In this document: in pieces, positions 39,977-49,598 of the stretch
Numbering within the stretch: position 1 is the stretch's first letter
Layout: every line of letters begins with the position of its first letter
NCBI GenBank assembly: GCA_017446155.1
Contig: JAFSRI010000001.1
Coordinates: 12,088 to 76,087, forward strand
DNA length: 64,000 nucleotides
Origin: Clostridia bacterium
Lineage (GTDB): Bacteria; Bacillota; Clostridia; Oscillospirales; CAG-272
Direction: 5' to 3'
The notes under the pieces: model-generated
What the model saw: the letters and a program-made list of their open reading frames with translations, nothing else
What the model was told of the DNA's origin: nothing
Databases searched by the model: none
Translations under genes and position numbers: made by a program

Positions 39977-41338
39977 CTATTTCTTTGACATCAAGACTAC
40001 TGTTTCCACATGCCCCGTTCTCGGGAACATATCGACGGCGATGAGCCTTTTTGTATCATAGCCGTAATTTTTCAGCGTTGCGCAGTCGCGGGCGGCGCTC
40101 GCGCTGTTGCAAGAGATCATAACTATCCTTTCAGGTGACATACGCACTATGGCGTCGAGCGTTTCCTCAGAACACCCCGCGCGAGGGGGGTCGACGATGA
40201 CGACCCCCGGCGCAAAGCCGCCTTCGGCAAGGCTTTGCGCGGCGCCGCCCGCGTCGCCGCAAATGAAGTCAGCGTTTGAAATACCGTTTCTTATCGCATT
40301 ATTTTTCGCGTTTTCAACGGCTTCTGCAATTATCTCAACACCCGTCAGCTTTCCGGCTCTGCGCGCCATTGAAAGCCCGATAGTTCCTGTGCCGCAGTAA
40401 AGGTCAAGTATATGTTTCCCATCCGGTTCGGCAAACAAGGCGGCAAGAGAGTACAGCTTTTCGGCGCCGTCGTGATTTACTTGATAAAACGAACGCGGCG
40501 ATATTTCAAATTCAAGCCCGCAAAGCTCGTCCTTTATCGTGTCTTTTCCCCACAGCGTTATAAATCTGTCGCCGAGTATCACATTCGTGTCTTTTTTGTT
40601 TATATTAAGTACAATACTTTTTATATTTGCGTTCTTTTTTATCAGCCGCGCGCAAAGTGCTTCCGCGTGCGGAATATTGCCCGTTGCAACAATACATACG
40701 GATATTTCTCCGCTTTTTCTTCCGTCGCGGATATACAGGTGACGAATAAGTCCCCGCCGCGTCTGCTCGTCATACGGCATTATCTTATATTCGTTGCAAA
40801 AAAGTTCCGTTTCATAAACGATTTCCGCAAAAAAACTCGGTTGGAGCGGACAATCCTCGCACGGAATAACTCTATGGCTGTGACGTGAGAAAAACCCGAA
40901 CCGCACATTTCCATCGCGGTCAAGCGCCGCGGGATATTGCGCCTTGTTGCGATAACCGTCCCGTTGAGGCGAGGGAATTATTTCCTCGCAGCGAATATCG
41001 ATCCCCCCGATGCGAGCAAAGTTTTCATCTACGATTTTTTTCTTTATTTCAAGTTCTTTTTCATATGTAATATGGCGGAACACACACCCGCCGCAAGAGG
41101 CAAACGCGGTGCAGTCGGGCGAAATTCTGAACGGCGACGGAGTTATGACACGTTCAACTTTTGCATATCCGTAAGACTTGTTCACTTTCATCACGTGTGC
41201 GTCAACTATCTCCCCCGGCGCCGCGCTTTTAACAAACAGCACAAACCCGTCGTCGGTTTTGCATATGCCTTGCCCGTCCGGCAAAATATCAGTTATTTCC
41301 ACGCGGATAATATCGTTTTTGCTTATCATTTTCGCCAC
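39977..41338 (-). CDS. rlmD: 23S rRNA (uracil-1939-C5)-methyltransferase
   Basis: TRAM domain, CGGC Fe-S motif, YRNK, DLYCGTG, DPPRAG, SCN, DMFPRTGHVE. Confidence 0.94.
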   Translation of the reverse strand: MAKMISKNDIIRVEITDILPDGQGICKTDDGFVLFVKSAAPGEIVDAHVMKVNKSYGYAKVERVITPSPFRISPDCTAFASCGGCVFRHITYEKELEIKKKIVDENFARIGGIDIRCEEIIPSPQRDGYRNKAQYPAALDRDGNVRFGFFSRHSHRVIPCEDCPLQPSFFAEIVYETELFCNEYKIMPYDEQTRRGLIRHLYIRDGRKSGEISVCIVATGNIPHAEALCARLIKKNANIKSIVLNINKKDTNVILGDRFITLWGKDTIKDELCGLEFEISPRSFYQVNHDGAEKLYSLAALFAEPDGKHILDLYCGTGTIGLSMARRAGKLTGVEIIAEAVENAKNNAIRNGISNADFICGDAGGAAQSLAEGGFAPGVVIVDPPRAGCSEETLDAIVRMSPERIVMISCNSASAARDCATLKNYGYDTKRLIAVDMFPRTGHVETVVLMSKK

Positions 41339-41568
41339 CTCTTTTCTGAATTTTCATTGTATCACAATTATATAAAAAAAGCAACATATCAAATACACAG
41401 GCTGAAAATAAATGTGCCGTCGGTGTGCTGAGTGCGGCAAAACAAAAAACATTAAAAGTTTCAAAATTTGATGAAAAGCGTTTTTTGCAACGCATAAATA
41501 ATATAGCTCCTAAAAAATCAACACATATAAAAACGGCGGGCAAAGCCCGCCGCAAATATCTTTAAAAA

Positions 41569-42102
41569 TTATCTGTCTGTTTCAATAAGTCCGTAGCCGC
41601 CGTCATTTCTTTTGTAAACTACGCAAACTTCCTCGGTTTCCTGATTTTCAAACACGAAAAACGTGTGGTCAAGCAGATTCATTTGGAGAATAGCTTCGTC
41701 AACCGTCATCGGGCGCAAGTTGAACGCTTTGCGTTTAATAAGCGTCTGCTGCGTTTCCTCCACCGTTTCTTCAAGCAAGGCGGGGTCCTCCTCTACAAAA
41801 GCACCAGAACGCATTCTCTTTTCAAGGCGCGTCTTGTTCTTTCTTATCTGTCGTTCGATGACGTCTATCGCCACGTCGATTGCATGATAGAAAGTTTCAT
41901 CCGTTACCTCGCTTCTGAAAAGTGTTCCGTTCATCGAAATAGTAAGTTCAAGCGTTGCTTTTTCTCTTTGTTTTGAAAGAGTGACGTGTGCTTCCGCTTC
42001 GTCGCGGAAGAACTTGTCGAGCTTCGACACTTTCTTTTCGATTACCGCCCTCAGCGCGTCCGTAAGTTTAACCTGCTTCTTGCAAACGAATGTGATTTTC
42101 AT
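41569..42102 (-). CDS. hpf: Ribosome hibernation promoting factor, long HPF
   Basis: IERQIRKNKTRL; PMTVDEAILQMNLLDHTFFVF...VYKRNDGGYGLI; hairpin GGCGGGC/GCCCGCC at 41535-41551. Confidence 0.93.
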   Translation of the reverse strand: MKITFVCKKQVKLTDALRAVIEKKVSKLDKFFRDEAEAHVTLSKQREKATLELTISMNGTLFRSEVTDETFYHAIDVAIDVIERQIRKNKTRLEKRMRSGAFVEEDPALLEETVEETQQTLIKRKAFNLRPMTVDEAILQMNLLDHTFFVFENQETEEVCVVYKRNDGGYGLIETDR

Positions 42103-42314
42103 ACTGCATCACCTTTCCAAGTGTATTACATGAAGAAAAACCGCTGTTTTTCTCCTTGCGATTATATTATAGCACATAAATTGCATGATCGAAAGAATTT
42201 TTTGAAAATAAACCGTTACAAATTTATTAAGCAAATTTCGGTAAATAAATATATTGAATATATCAAAAAAATATGATAGAATGATAAATGGTAATTTTTA
42301 ATTTAAGGAGGGGT

Positions 42315-42854
42315 ATGCGTTTGAAAAACGTTTTCGAGCCGGATTATTATTTTGAAAACGCATTTATGGTTTCGCCCTCTTTTCTGCTTTCACGCGGGAT
42401 CGGCGTACTTATTTTGGACATTGACAACACGCTTGTCACATATGCCGACGCGTATCCCACAGAAGCAGTAACAAAATGGATAAATGAAATGAAACAAGGC
42501 GGCGTTCGTTTGGCTATCGCGTCAAACAACCACGGCAAGCGCGTCGATACGTTTGCCGAATCGCTCGACGTTTTCACCGTAAGCGACAGCAACAAACCGT
42601 CAAGAAAAGCGGTAGACGTCATCTGCCGCCGTTTTTCAATCACCCCCGACAAAGCCGCCGTGATAGGAGATCAGATATTCACCGACGTGCTCTGTGCCAA
42701 CCGCGCCGGCGCCGTGGCTATACTCGTAAAGCCCCTACCCTACCGCGAAAACCTGTTTTTTAAATTCAAGCGGCTTCTCGAAAAGCCGATAATCAAAAAA
42801 TTCAAACATAAACACCCCGACAAATGCTTTGCGAAAGGAGAAAACGAAAAATGA
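42315..42854 (+). CDS. yqeG: YqeG-family HAD-IIIA phosphatase
   Basis: LDIDNTL, SNN, KP, IGDQIFTDV. Confidence 0.9.
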   Translation: MRLKNVFEPDYYFENAFMVSPSFLLSRGIGVLILDIDNTLVTYADAYPTEAVTKWINEMKQGGVRLAIASNNHGKRVDTFAESLDVFTVSDSNKPSRKAVDVICRRFSITPDKAAVIGDQIFTDVLCANRAGAVAILVKPLPYRENLFFKFKRLLEKPIIKKFKHKHPDKCFAKGENEK

Positions 42855-45154
42855 AGATAGAAACACTGTTCATATCGAGTTTCGGTAAGTTGAGAAATAT
42901 AAAAATCGACATGGGCGAAAAAATGAATATCGTCCGCGGAGAAAACGAAGCCGGCAAAAGCACTATCTGCAATTTCATCCGTTTCGTTTTCTACGGGCTT
43001 GCAGGGCGCGCCGAGGAAAAACTGCGCTATATCAGCTGGCAGACGTCGTCCGCCGGCGGCTATGCCGTTATAAACGACGACGGCAAGCGTTATCGTATAG
43101 AGCGCGAAGTAATTTGCTCCACCGGCATTGACGGCAAAACTTCCCTGCGCGAAAGAAACGCCATCTTTGACCTTGAAAACGGCGCGCAAGTCTTTCACGG
43201 TAAAAACGCCGGCGACGTGTTCTTCGGCGTTCCCGCCGACGTTTTTGACAACACCGTATATATCGGGCAGCTGGGGGAAAACCGCGTCGGCGGAAGAACT
43301 TTGGCGGAAGCAGCCGAAAATATCCTCTTTTCCGGCAGCGAAACCGTAAACGCCAAAAGAGCGCTCAAACGACTTGATGACGCACGAGTTATGCTTTTAT
43401 ATAAAAACAAACACGGCGGGAAAATATTTGAACTTGAAGAAAAGCGCTATGAACTTGAATTAAAACTTCAAGCCTCGCAAAAAGCCGGCGGGGATGTGAT
43501 TTATCTTGAAGGATCGTGCAGAAATTTAAGCACAAAGCTCGAAAGCGCGAAAGCGCGTCTTGAAAGCTGTACTCAAACGCTTGACACATACGAAAGATAT
43601 TCGGTAAAAAAGCTGTTTGCCAAACGCCGCGAAGAAGACGCCAAACGCCGTGAACTTGAAGCGCTGCGCGATAAAATCCGCTCCGCCGACGCATACAACG
43701 GAGTTCACGTCTACGAAAGCGAATTTATAGAAAAACTCGAAGACATCTCAAAAGATCTCAATCTTGCGTCCGCGCGGTATGAGACCGCAAAGGCGGCAAA
43801 AGCAAAGGCGGAAAGAAAAGCCGCCGATATGAGCGAAAAAATCGACGTTTTTCAGCGCCTCGGCAAAAAAAGCGAGCGCCGCGATATAATAGTAAACAGA
43901 ATTGAGGACGACAACGCCTCGGCAAAACGCCTCGCCAAGTTTTCGGTCGGCTTTCTCACAGCCGCCCTTCTCACCGCCATAGCGACCGTCGCCGTATATT
44001 TTATCACTACGTCGCCGTTAGCGTTCACCGTGCTTGCCGCTACTTTTCTTTGCCTTGTAGGTATGCTTATAACCGCGATAAAACGCAAAAAATATATAAA
44101 AGACATGCTCAAAAACTGTGCGGTTTTCGGCTGTAAGAGCTATGAAGATTTCAAAAAACTGTACGAAATCGCCACGCGGGACGAGCCCATGATGAACTAT
44201 CTAGAAGAGGAGCTCGTTAAGGCGGCTGACGATGAAGTTTTGGCTCAGGAAACGCTCGACCGTGAAAATACAACGGCTGTAATGACGTTAAAAGACGCGG
44301 GCTTTGAACTTCGCGCGCGCACCTCCGAATCGCTTGCGGAGGCAATCTCGATCTGTCGTAAAGAATGCGCGTCACTTGAAAAAGCGAATTTGCTCTTGGG
44401 CGAGCAAACAAAAGCGGTAAACGATATCGACGACAGGCTCCGCGCATACGACGAGGATTATCTGAGAAGCGCCCTTTCTGCCGAATACGACGCCGAGCAA
44501 ATGGAGTCGCTTGACGTAAAAGCCCTCAAACGCGACAAAGATTTTCTCACCGGTTCTATCAGCGCAATGACCGAAAAGCTCGCGCTTGACGAAAAGAGTT
44601 TGGCGGTACTGCTTGCAACGACCGTTCGTCCGACGGAAGTTTCGGAAGAGCTTAAAAGCGTCGCTCATCAAATCGATGTTCTCAACGCCAAATACAACGC
44701 ATATAAACTCGCCATCGAGTCCATAGAGAATGCAAGCGGAAAGCTGCGCGACGGCATCTCTCCGAAAATATCAAAAACCGCAAGCCGAATTATGAACCGA
44801 CTCTCGCTCGGCAAATACGACAGCATCGGCGTTGACAACGAATTTTCTCTGTCGTTTACCGACGACGCCTCGGGAACCCGCCCCGCCGACCTTCTCAGCG
44901 CCGGCACGACGGACATCGTGTATATCGCGCTCAGGCTTGCGCTCATGGAAATTCTATATACAAAATCGCGCCCGCCGCTTATTTTTGACGAAAGCTTTTC
45001 GCGCACCGACGACGAACGTCTCGACGCGGCGCTGAAACTCATCAAAGAATTTTGCGACGATGGCGCGCAGGCTGTAATATTCACCTGCCACGGCAGAGAA
45101 GAACACGCCATGAAACAGGTCGGTGAATATTCGCTGTTCACGCTGAAGAGGTAA
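42851..45154 (+). CDS. YhaN-like SMC/Rad50-type ATPase with internal TM segments
   Basis: GENEAGKST Walker A, long coiled coils, 2-TM insert, LSAGT signature, LIFDES Walker B, FTCH. Confidence 0.85.
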   Translation: MKIETLFISSFGKLRNIKIDMGEKMNIVRGENEAGKSTICNFIRFVFYGLAGRAEEKLRYISWQTSSAGGYAVINDDGKRYRIEREVICSTGIDGKTSLRERNAIFDLENGAQVFHGKNAGDVFFGVPADVFDNTVYIGQLGENRVGGRTLAEAAENILFSGSETVNAKRALKRLDDARVMLLYKNKHGGKIFELEEKRYELELKLQASQKAGGDVIYLEGSCRNLSTKLESAKARLESCTQTLDTYERYSVKKLFAKRREEDAKRRELEALRDKIRSADAYNGVHVYESEFIEKLEDISKDLNLASARYETAKAAKAKAERKAADMSEKIDVFQRLGKKSERRDIIVNRIEDDNASAKRLAKFSVGFLTAALLTAIATVAVYFITTSPLAFTVLAATFLCLVGMLITAIKRKKYIKDMLKNCAVFGCKSYEDFKKLYEIATRDEPMMNYLEEELVKAADDEVLAQETLDRENTTAVMTLKDAGFELRARTSESLAEAISICRKECASLEKANLLLGEQTKAVNDIDDRLRAYDEDYLRSALSAEYDAEQMESLDVKALKRDKDFLTGSISAMTEKLALDEKSLAVLLATTVRPTEVSEELKSVAHQIDVLNAKYNAYKLAIESIENASGKLRDGISPKISKTASRIMNRLSLGKYDSIGVDNEFSLSFTDDASGTRPADLLSAGTTDIVYIALRLALMEILYTKSRPPLIFDESFSRTDDERLDAALKLIKEFCDDGAQAVIFTCHGREEHAMKQVGEYSLFTLKR

Positions 45155-45161
45155 GGCGAAG

Positions 45162-45764
45162 ATGGAGAAAAACATCATAAGAGAATATGCGAATATCGAG
45201 GAAGATTTTTTTGAAATAGATAAATCCTGCCGCACGGCTTCCATCAAGCTGCGTTTCGGCTGTCCTTCCGAGATATTCGACGGAAACTGCATATCGAAAA
45301 CAGCCGTATTCAACGACGATTTTATCGAATGGTTAAGTTCCGCATTTGAGCTTGTCCCCTCGAAATACAGAGTAAATATAGAGATTTTATTCTCGGATTT
45401 TGAGGGATGGACGGAAGAAGAACTGAAGGATGTGTTTGAAAAAAACCTCTTCCTCGAATACAAAAGAAAACGCTCGAAGGAAAAAGCGCGGGCGCATATC
45501 GCATACGGGCTGATAGTGCTCGGCGTCGTTTTGTTCGCCGCCATGATCCTGACAAACAAGCTCTGGGTATCGGATTCGATTTTCAAAGAAGTTTTTTCAT
45601 ATGCCTCGGACATCGCGACGACGGTCGTTTTCTGGGAAGCGATGACGATACTTGTTGTGGAACGGAAAGAAAACATGCATTTTGCCAAATCATTGGCGGA
45701 AAGATTCGGGAAGATTGAGTTTAAGAAATCCGCCGTGACGTGCGAAGAGCCCGCGAAAGAATAA
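45162..45764 (+). CDS. Hypothetical protein with two C-terminal TM helices
   Basis: 200-aa ORF starting 7 nt after the ATPase; hairpin GCCGCGC/GCGCGGC at ~45795-45813. Confidence 0.75.
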   Translation: MEKNIIREYANIEEDFFEIDKSCRTASIKLRFGCPSEIFDGNCISKTAVFNDDFIEWLSSAFELVPSKYRVNIEILFSDFEGWTEEELKDVFEKNLFLEYKRKRSKEKARAHIAYGLIVLGVVLFAAMILTNKLWVSDSIFKEVFSYASDIATTVVFWEAMTILVVERKENMHFAKSLAERFGKIEFKKSAVTCEEPAKE

Positions 45765-45832
45765 AACGAAAAATATTTGAACATACCCACCTGAGCCGCG
45801 CTGATTGCGCGGCTTTAAATATTTTTTTCTTT

Positions 45833-45863
45833 TTAAGATTTATTTAAGAATTTCGGGTATAAT
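45833..45863 (+). promoter_or_regulatory. Promoter with tandem TTAAGA direct repeat (OmpR-family-like box) in place of a -35
   Basis: TTAAGA at 45833 and 45844 (11-bp period), then TATAAT at 45858. Confidence 0.5.
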
Positions 45864-45917
45864 ACAAGCCATAAACCGAAAAACACTATCGGCAAAAAAG
45901 AAAGGCGTGATAACATT

Positions 45918-48032
45918 ATGAAAAAAATACGTATTGTTATATTACTTCTCGCGCTCGCAGTGATCCTCTCCTCGTGCGCGGTAAATTCCACCGAGTCGTC
46001 AAGTTCCGCGACAACCGCAGACAAGCAAACCGTCGGCACGGAAACGACGTCAACGACTGCCGCAACCGAGGCTACGACACTCACCGACCCGACGATAGAT
46101 AAACCCACCCCCACAGGAACGTTTTCGCTCACCGACGAAAACGGAAACGAGCTTTCGTCATCCGACAACATCTACACTATCACCTCAGCCGGCGAATACA
46201 CGGCGACGGGCAGTCTTGAAGAAGGACAAATAGTAATCGACGCAGGCGACGACGACAAAGTGACGTTAAATCTTGACGGCGCGTCGATAAGCAATTCGGC
46301 CGACGCACCGATACTCGCCCTCAACGCTTCAAAGGTCGAAGTCAAGGCGAAAAAGGACACGTATAACACCGTTGCCGACAACAGAGTCGGTACGCCGTCC
46401 GAGGACGACGCCGATGATAACAACGGCGCGATTTATGCAAAATGCGACCTTGAAATAAGCGGCAAAGGCACACTTGTCGTCACATCGTCTTACGACAACG
46501 GCATTAAAAGCAAAGACGACCTTGAAGTAAAGAACCTCACGCTCAAAGTCGAAGCTGTCGGCAACGCCCTTAAAGGCAACGATTCCGTAACGGTAGAATC
46601 AGGAAGTATAATTCTTGTTTCCACATCGTCCGACGGCATCAAAACATCAAACACCGACGTTTCCTCAAAGGGCAACCAGCGCGGCATCGTCACAGTATCC
46701 GGCGGTCAAGTCGATATTTACGCTGCGTGCGACGGCATTGACGCGGCATATGACATCGATATTTCCGGCGACGAAACCGTAGTAAATATCTTTACCGGCA
46801 AGTATTCCGATTATTCCGGCGACGTTGCGGCGAGCAGTGAGATGTATCTTATAGTTCCGAGCGGAACGTATAAGTCCACCTATGATTATTACGGCTACTT
46901 CTACAATACTTCTACCGACGGCAAATGGGTAAAATTCACGTTCTCTACTATGGTTTACAGCGGAAGAACGTCATATTACGGACTGACGGCAAATGTTCCT
47001 TCTGGATATTCGAGCATGATAATCAACGTCGTAACCTCAGGTCAAACTCCGGACGGCGCAACGTATATAGCAAGCAGCGACGGAGAGAACATAAATACCG
47101 CGATGAACGGCTATCTTATCAGCTCCGTCACAGACAAACTCATTTCCGGCGACTGGGTCCAGATATCGTCTTCATCAGGAAGTTCAGACAAAACGACTTA
47201 TTCTTCAAAGGGAATCAAGGCGGCAAACAGCATAAACGTTTCGGCAGGTACAATCGTTGTTAAAGCCTCAGACGACGGGCTTCACGCAAACGGCGGCGAC
47301 GAGCTTGAAAACGGCTCAAAAGGACTCGGCAACATCACCGTTGACGGCGGCAGCGTCACCGTAACGTCGGCTGACGACGGTTTCCACGCCGACAATGTTC
47401 TTACAATAAACGGCGGTTATGTCAACGTAGCACAGTCGCACGAAGGACTCGAAGGCAATGTTATAACTATCAACGGAGGAGAAGTCTATGTCTACGGCGA
47501 CGACGACGGTCTCAACGCCTGCAAGGGCAACGTCACCCCGCTTATCAACATCACAGGCGGCTATCTCGACGTCACAACTCCGTCCGGCGACACGGACGCC
47601 ATCGACTCAAACGGCAACATTACAATGTCAGGCGGCACCGTCATCGTAAAAGGCGGAAGTTCAAGCGGAATGGTATCCGGATCCGTAGATCTTGACGGAA
47701 CGTTGAAAGTGACGGGAGGAACGATAATCGCCCTCGGCGGTATTTGCGAAACACCGACAAGCGGCTCTGTCAACACGTATATTTCAAGCGGAACGTCATT
47801 TTCGGCGGGATCATACACCCTGTCAGATTCAAAAGGAAACGTCATCGTCACCTTTACCCTCACATCGTCTTACAGTTCCTGCTGGATAAGCTCCGACGCA
47901 CTTACGCTGAACAACAGCTACACTCTTACCCGCAGCGGCACGACAGTGCTTTCATGGACTCAATCTTCAAGCACTGTCGGATCAGCCGGCAACAGCCAAG
48001 GCGGCTGGGGCAGCTGGGGCAGAGGCAGATAA
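45918..48032 (+). CDS. Cthe_2159-family (DUF4353) beta-helix carbohydrate-binding lipoprotein
   Basis: Lipobox LSS|C, Ser/Thr linker, YTITSAGEY..GSL..GQI, GKGTLVV, DGIK/DGID/DDGLHA repeats, DAIDSNG. Confidence 0.85.
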   Translation: MKKIRIVILLLALAVILSSCAVNSTESSSSATTADKQTVGTETTSTTAATEATTLTDPTIDKPTPTGTFSLTDENGNELSSSDNIYTITSAGEYTATGSLEEGQIVIDAGDDDKVTLNLDGASISNSADAPILALNASKVEVKAKKDTYNTVADNRVGTPSEDDADDNNGAIYAKCDLEISGKGTLVVTSSYDNGIKSKDDLEVKNLTLKVEAVGNALKGNDSVTVESGSIILVSTSSDGIKTSNTDVSSKGNQRGIVTVSGGQVDIYAACDGIDAAYDIDISGDETVVNIFTGKYSDYSGDVAASSEMYLIVPSGTYKSTYDYYGYFYNTSTDGKWVKFTFSTMVYSGRTSYYGLTANVPSGYSSMIINVVTSGQTPDGATYIASSDGENINTAMNGYLISSVTDKLISGDWVQISSSSGSSDKTTYSSKGIKAANSINVSAGTIVVKASDDGLHANGGDELENGSKGLGNITVDGGSVTVTSADDGFHADNVLTINGGYVNVAQSHEGLEGNVITINGGEVYVYGDDDGLNACKGNVTPLINITGGYLDVTTPSGDTDAIDSNGNITMSGGTVIVKGGSSSGMVSGSVDLDGTLKVTGGTIIALGGICETPTSGSVNTYISSGTSFSAGSYTLSDSKGNVIVTFTLTSSYSSCWISSDALTLNNSYTLTRSGTTVLSWTQSSSTVGSAGNSQGGWGSWGRGR

Positions 48033-48072
48033 ATACGCCCTGTCTACCGGATAAAAATCTCTTCATGAAATG

Positions 48073-48106
48073 CAAAAAAGGAAAGCGAAAATCGCTTTCC
48101 TTTTTT
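48073..48106. terminator. Bidirectional intrinsic terminator
   Basis: AAAAAAGGAAAGCGA-AAA-TCGCTTTCCTTTTTT. Confidence 0.8.
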
Positions 48107-48349
48107 CATTTTCGGTGAATTATACCGGCGAGTGCAACAGTAAAGAAAAGAATCAAAGTGCACATGAATCTCCGGTAGAATGGAGTTACCACACAACATT
48201 CGGAATGAAGAGAAACATATGCACTACGCGCATACTACCAAAAAAGATAGGATTTGTCTTACGGCAATACTACTGAAAATATTACCGTCAAACACAACAG
48301 AAAATGTTTATCTTAATTTGAAAATATAGAAATCATCATATGACAATTC

Positions 48350-49423
48350 TTATTTTATATCCAAGAACCAATGTGCGATATTAACGCATCCTTTGCTGTA
48401 AGGTACAGACGATTGAATAAGCACCCTTTGTCCTCCGTCGGGCAAGTTGAGCACAAGATTATTTGAATAAAACGCCGTCATGCCGTTTTCAGGCACGCAA
48501 ATAAACGTACCGTCGTCCCAGTTTATGCCGTCTTTGCTTGTGTAAAGCACAAAATTCATCGGGAGCGTTTTGTCATCACATCCGGAGCGCCCGTGAAGGA
48601 TAAAACCGCCCTTCACGCTTGCGACCTGCGGGTTTCTGATGCGTTTTGCGCAATAGCTTTTGCCGTTTTCAACCCAAGTCTTACCCATATCAAAGCTTAT
48701 GTGGTAAACCATATTGAACTCGTCGTTTGCGTCATATTCATAGCATATAATCGCGCCGTCGTCACGCATAGCCATATTGCCGTAAGCGTGACCGTTCGTA
48801 TCGCCCGGCAGCTCGCTCCAAAGATAAAAAGACTTGCCGCTGTCATCGCTTCTGTAAATATAATATCTGTCATCCGGTCTTTTTGCAAGCCAGTCGTCGT
48901 TTGCAAGCATAAGCACATATATCGAGCCGTCGTGAACAATCGCGTCATATACTCTTCCCTTTTTGTCGCAGAGCAATGCCGCCTCAGACCAACTCTCTCC
49001 CCCGTCCTCGCTTATCACTACAACAGGTTCAAGATACGGCTCCCACCCATTAGGATTTTCGTTTCGGATGCATAGGGCGATTATCTCGTTTTCTTTTGTA
49101 GATACCGCCTTTTCACAACTGACGGTAAACGGCTGATTTATAAACGAATCCCATGAATACGGAAAAACCCGCGGAGAATCCCACGTTTTTCCGCCGTCGG
49201 TCGATCGCTTGTATTCAAGCCAGCCAAAGCCGTTGTGTCCCGGCGCCCACTTGTTTCGCGTGGGGGAACAGTTTGAATAAAACGCCATAACGCACCCTTT
49301 TTTATACTCAACAAGCGCATGGCTCAGATGTCCGCTTCGTCCTGCCTTTTGGTGGTCTACAAACATTATGCCGTTACAGGGAACTTCGCGAGGAGTTATT
49401 TCGTAATTAATAAAGCCGTTCAT
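48350..49423 (-). CDS. BNR/Asp-box beta-propeller protein, sialidase-like, no signal peptide
   Basis: Five Asp-boxes: STDGGKTW, SEDGGESW, SDDSGKSF, SFDMGKTW, SKDGINW. Confidence 0.8.
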   Translation of the reverse strand: MNGFINYEITPREVPCNGIMFVDHQKAGRSGHLSHALVEYKKGCVMAFYSNCSPTRNKWAPGHNGFGWLEYKRSTDGGKTWDSPRVFPYSWDSFINQPFTVSCEKAVSTKENEIIALCIRNENPNGWEPYLEPVVVISEDGGESWSEAALLCDKKGRVYDAIVHDGSIYVLMLANDDWLAKRPDDRYYIYRSDDSGKSFYLWSELPGDTNGHAYGNMAMRDDGAIICYEYDANDEFNMVYHISFDMGKTWVENGKSYCAKRIRNPQVASVKGGFILHGRSGCDDKTLPMNFVLYTSKDGINWDDGTFICVPENGMTAFYSNNLVLNLPDGGQRVLIQSSVPYSKGCVNIAHWFLDIK

Positions 49424-49598
49424 TCTTTTCTACTTACCTCTTTTTAATCTCTGTATTCTTATGCCGAGCCGAAAATCAAAATAGATTTTTGCTCATTCTG
49501 TACTTTACAGCCGATCAACACAATGAAAAATACCGAAAAAGTCAAATTCTCGCCGATATGTAAAACAAAAGCCGTTTATATATAGAATTTATCAATGC

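Noticed and set aside
48350-49423. True sialidase call
   Set aside because: Asp-boxes are present but no FRIP/RIP motif is visible, so it is left as a BNR propeller.
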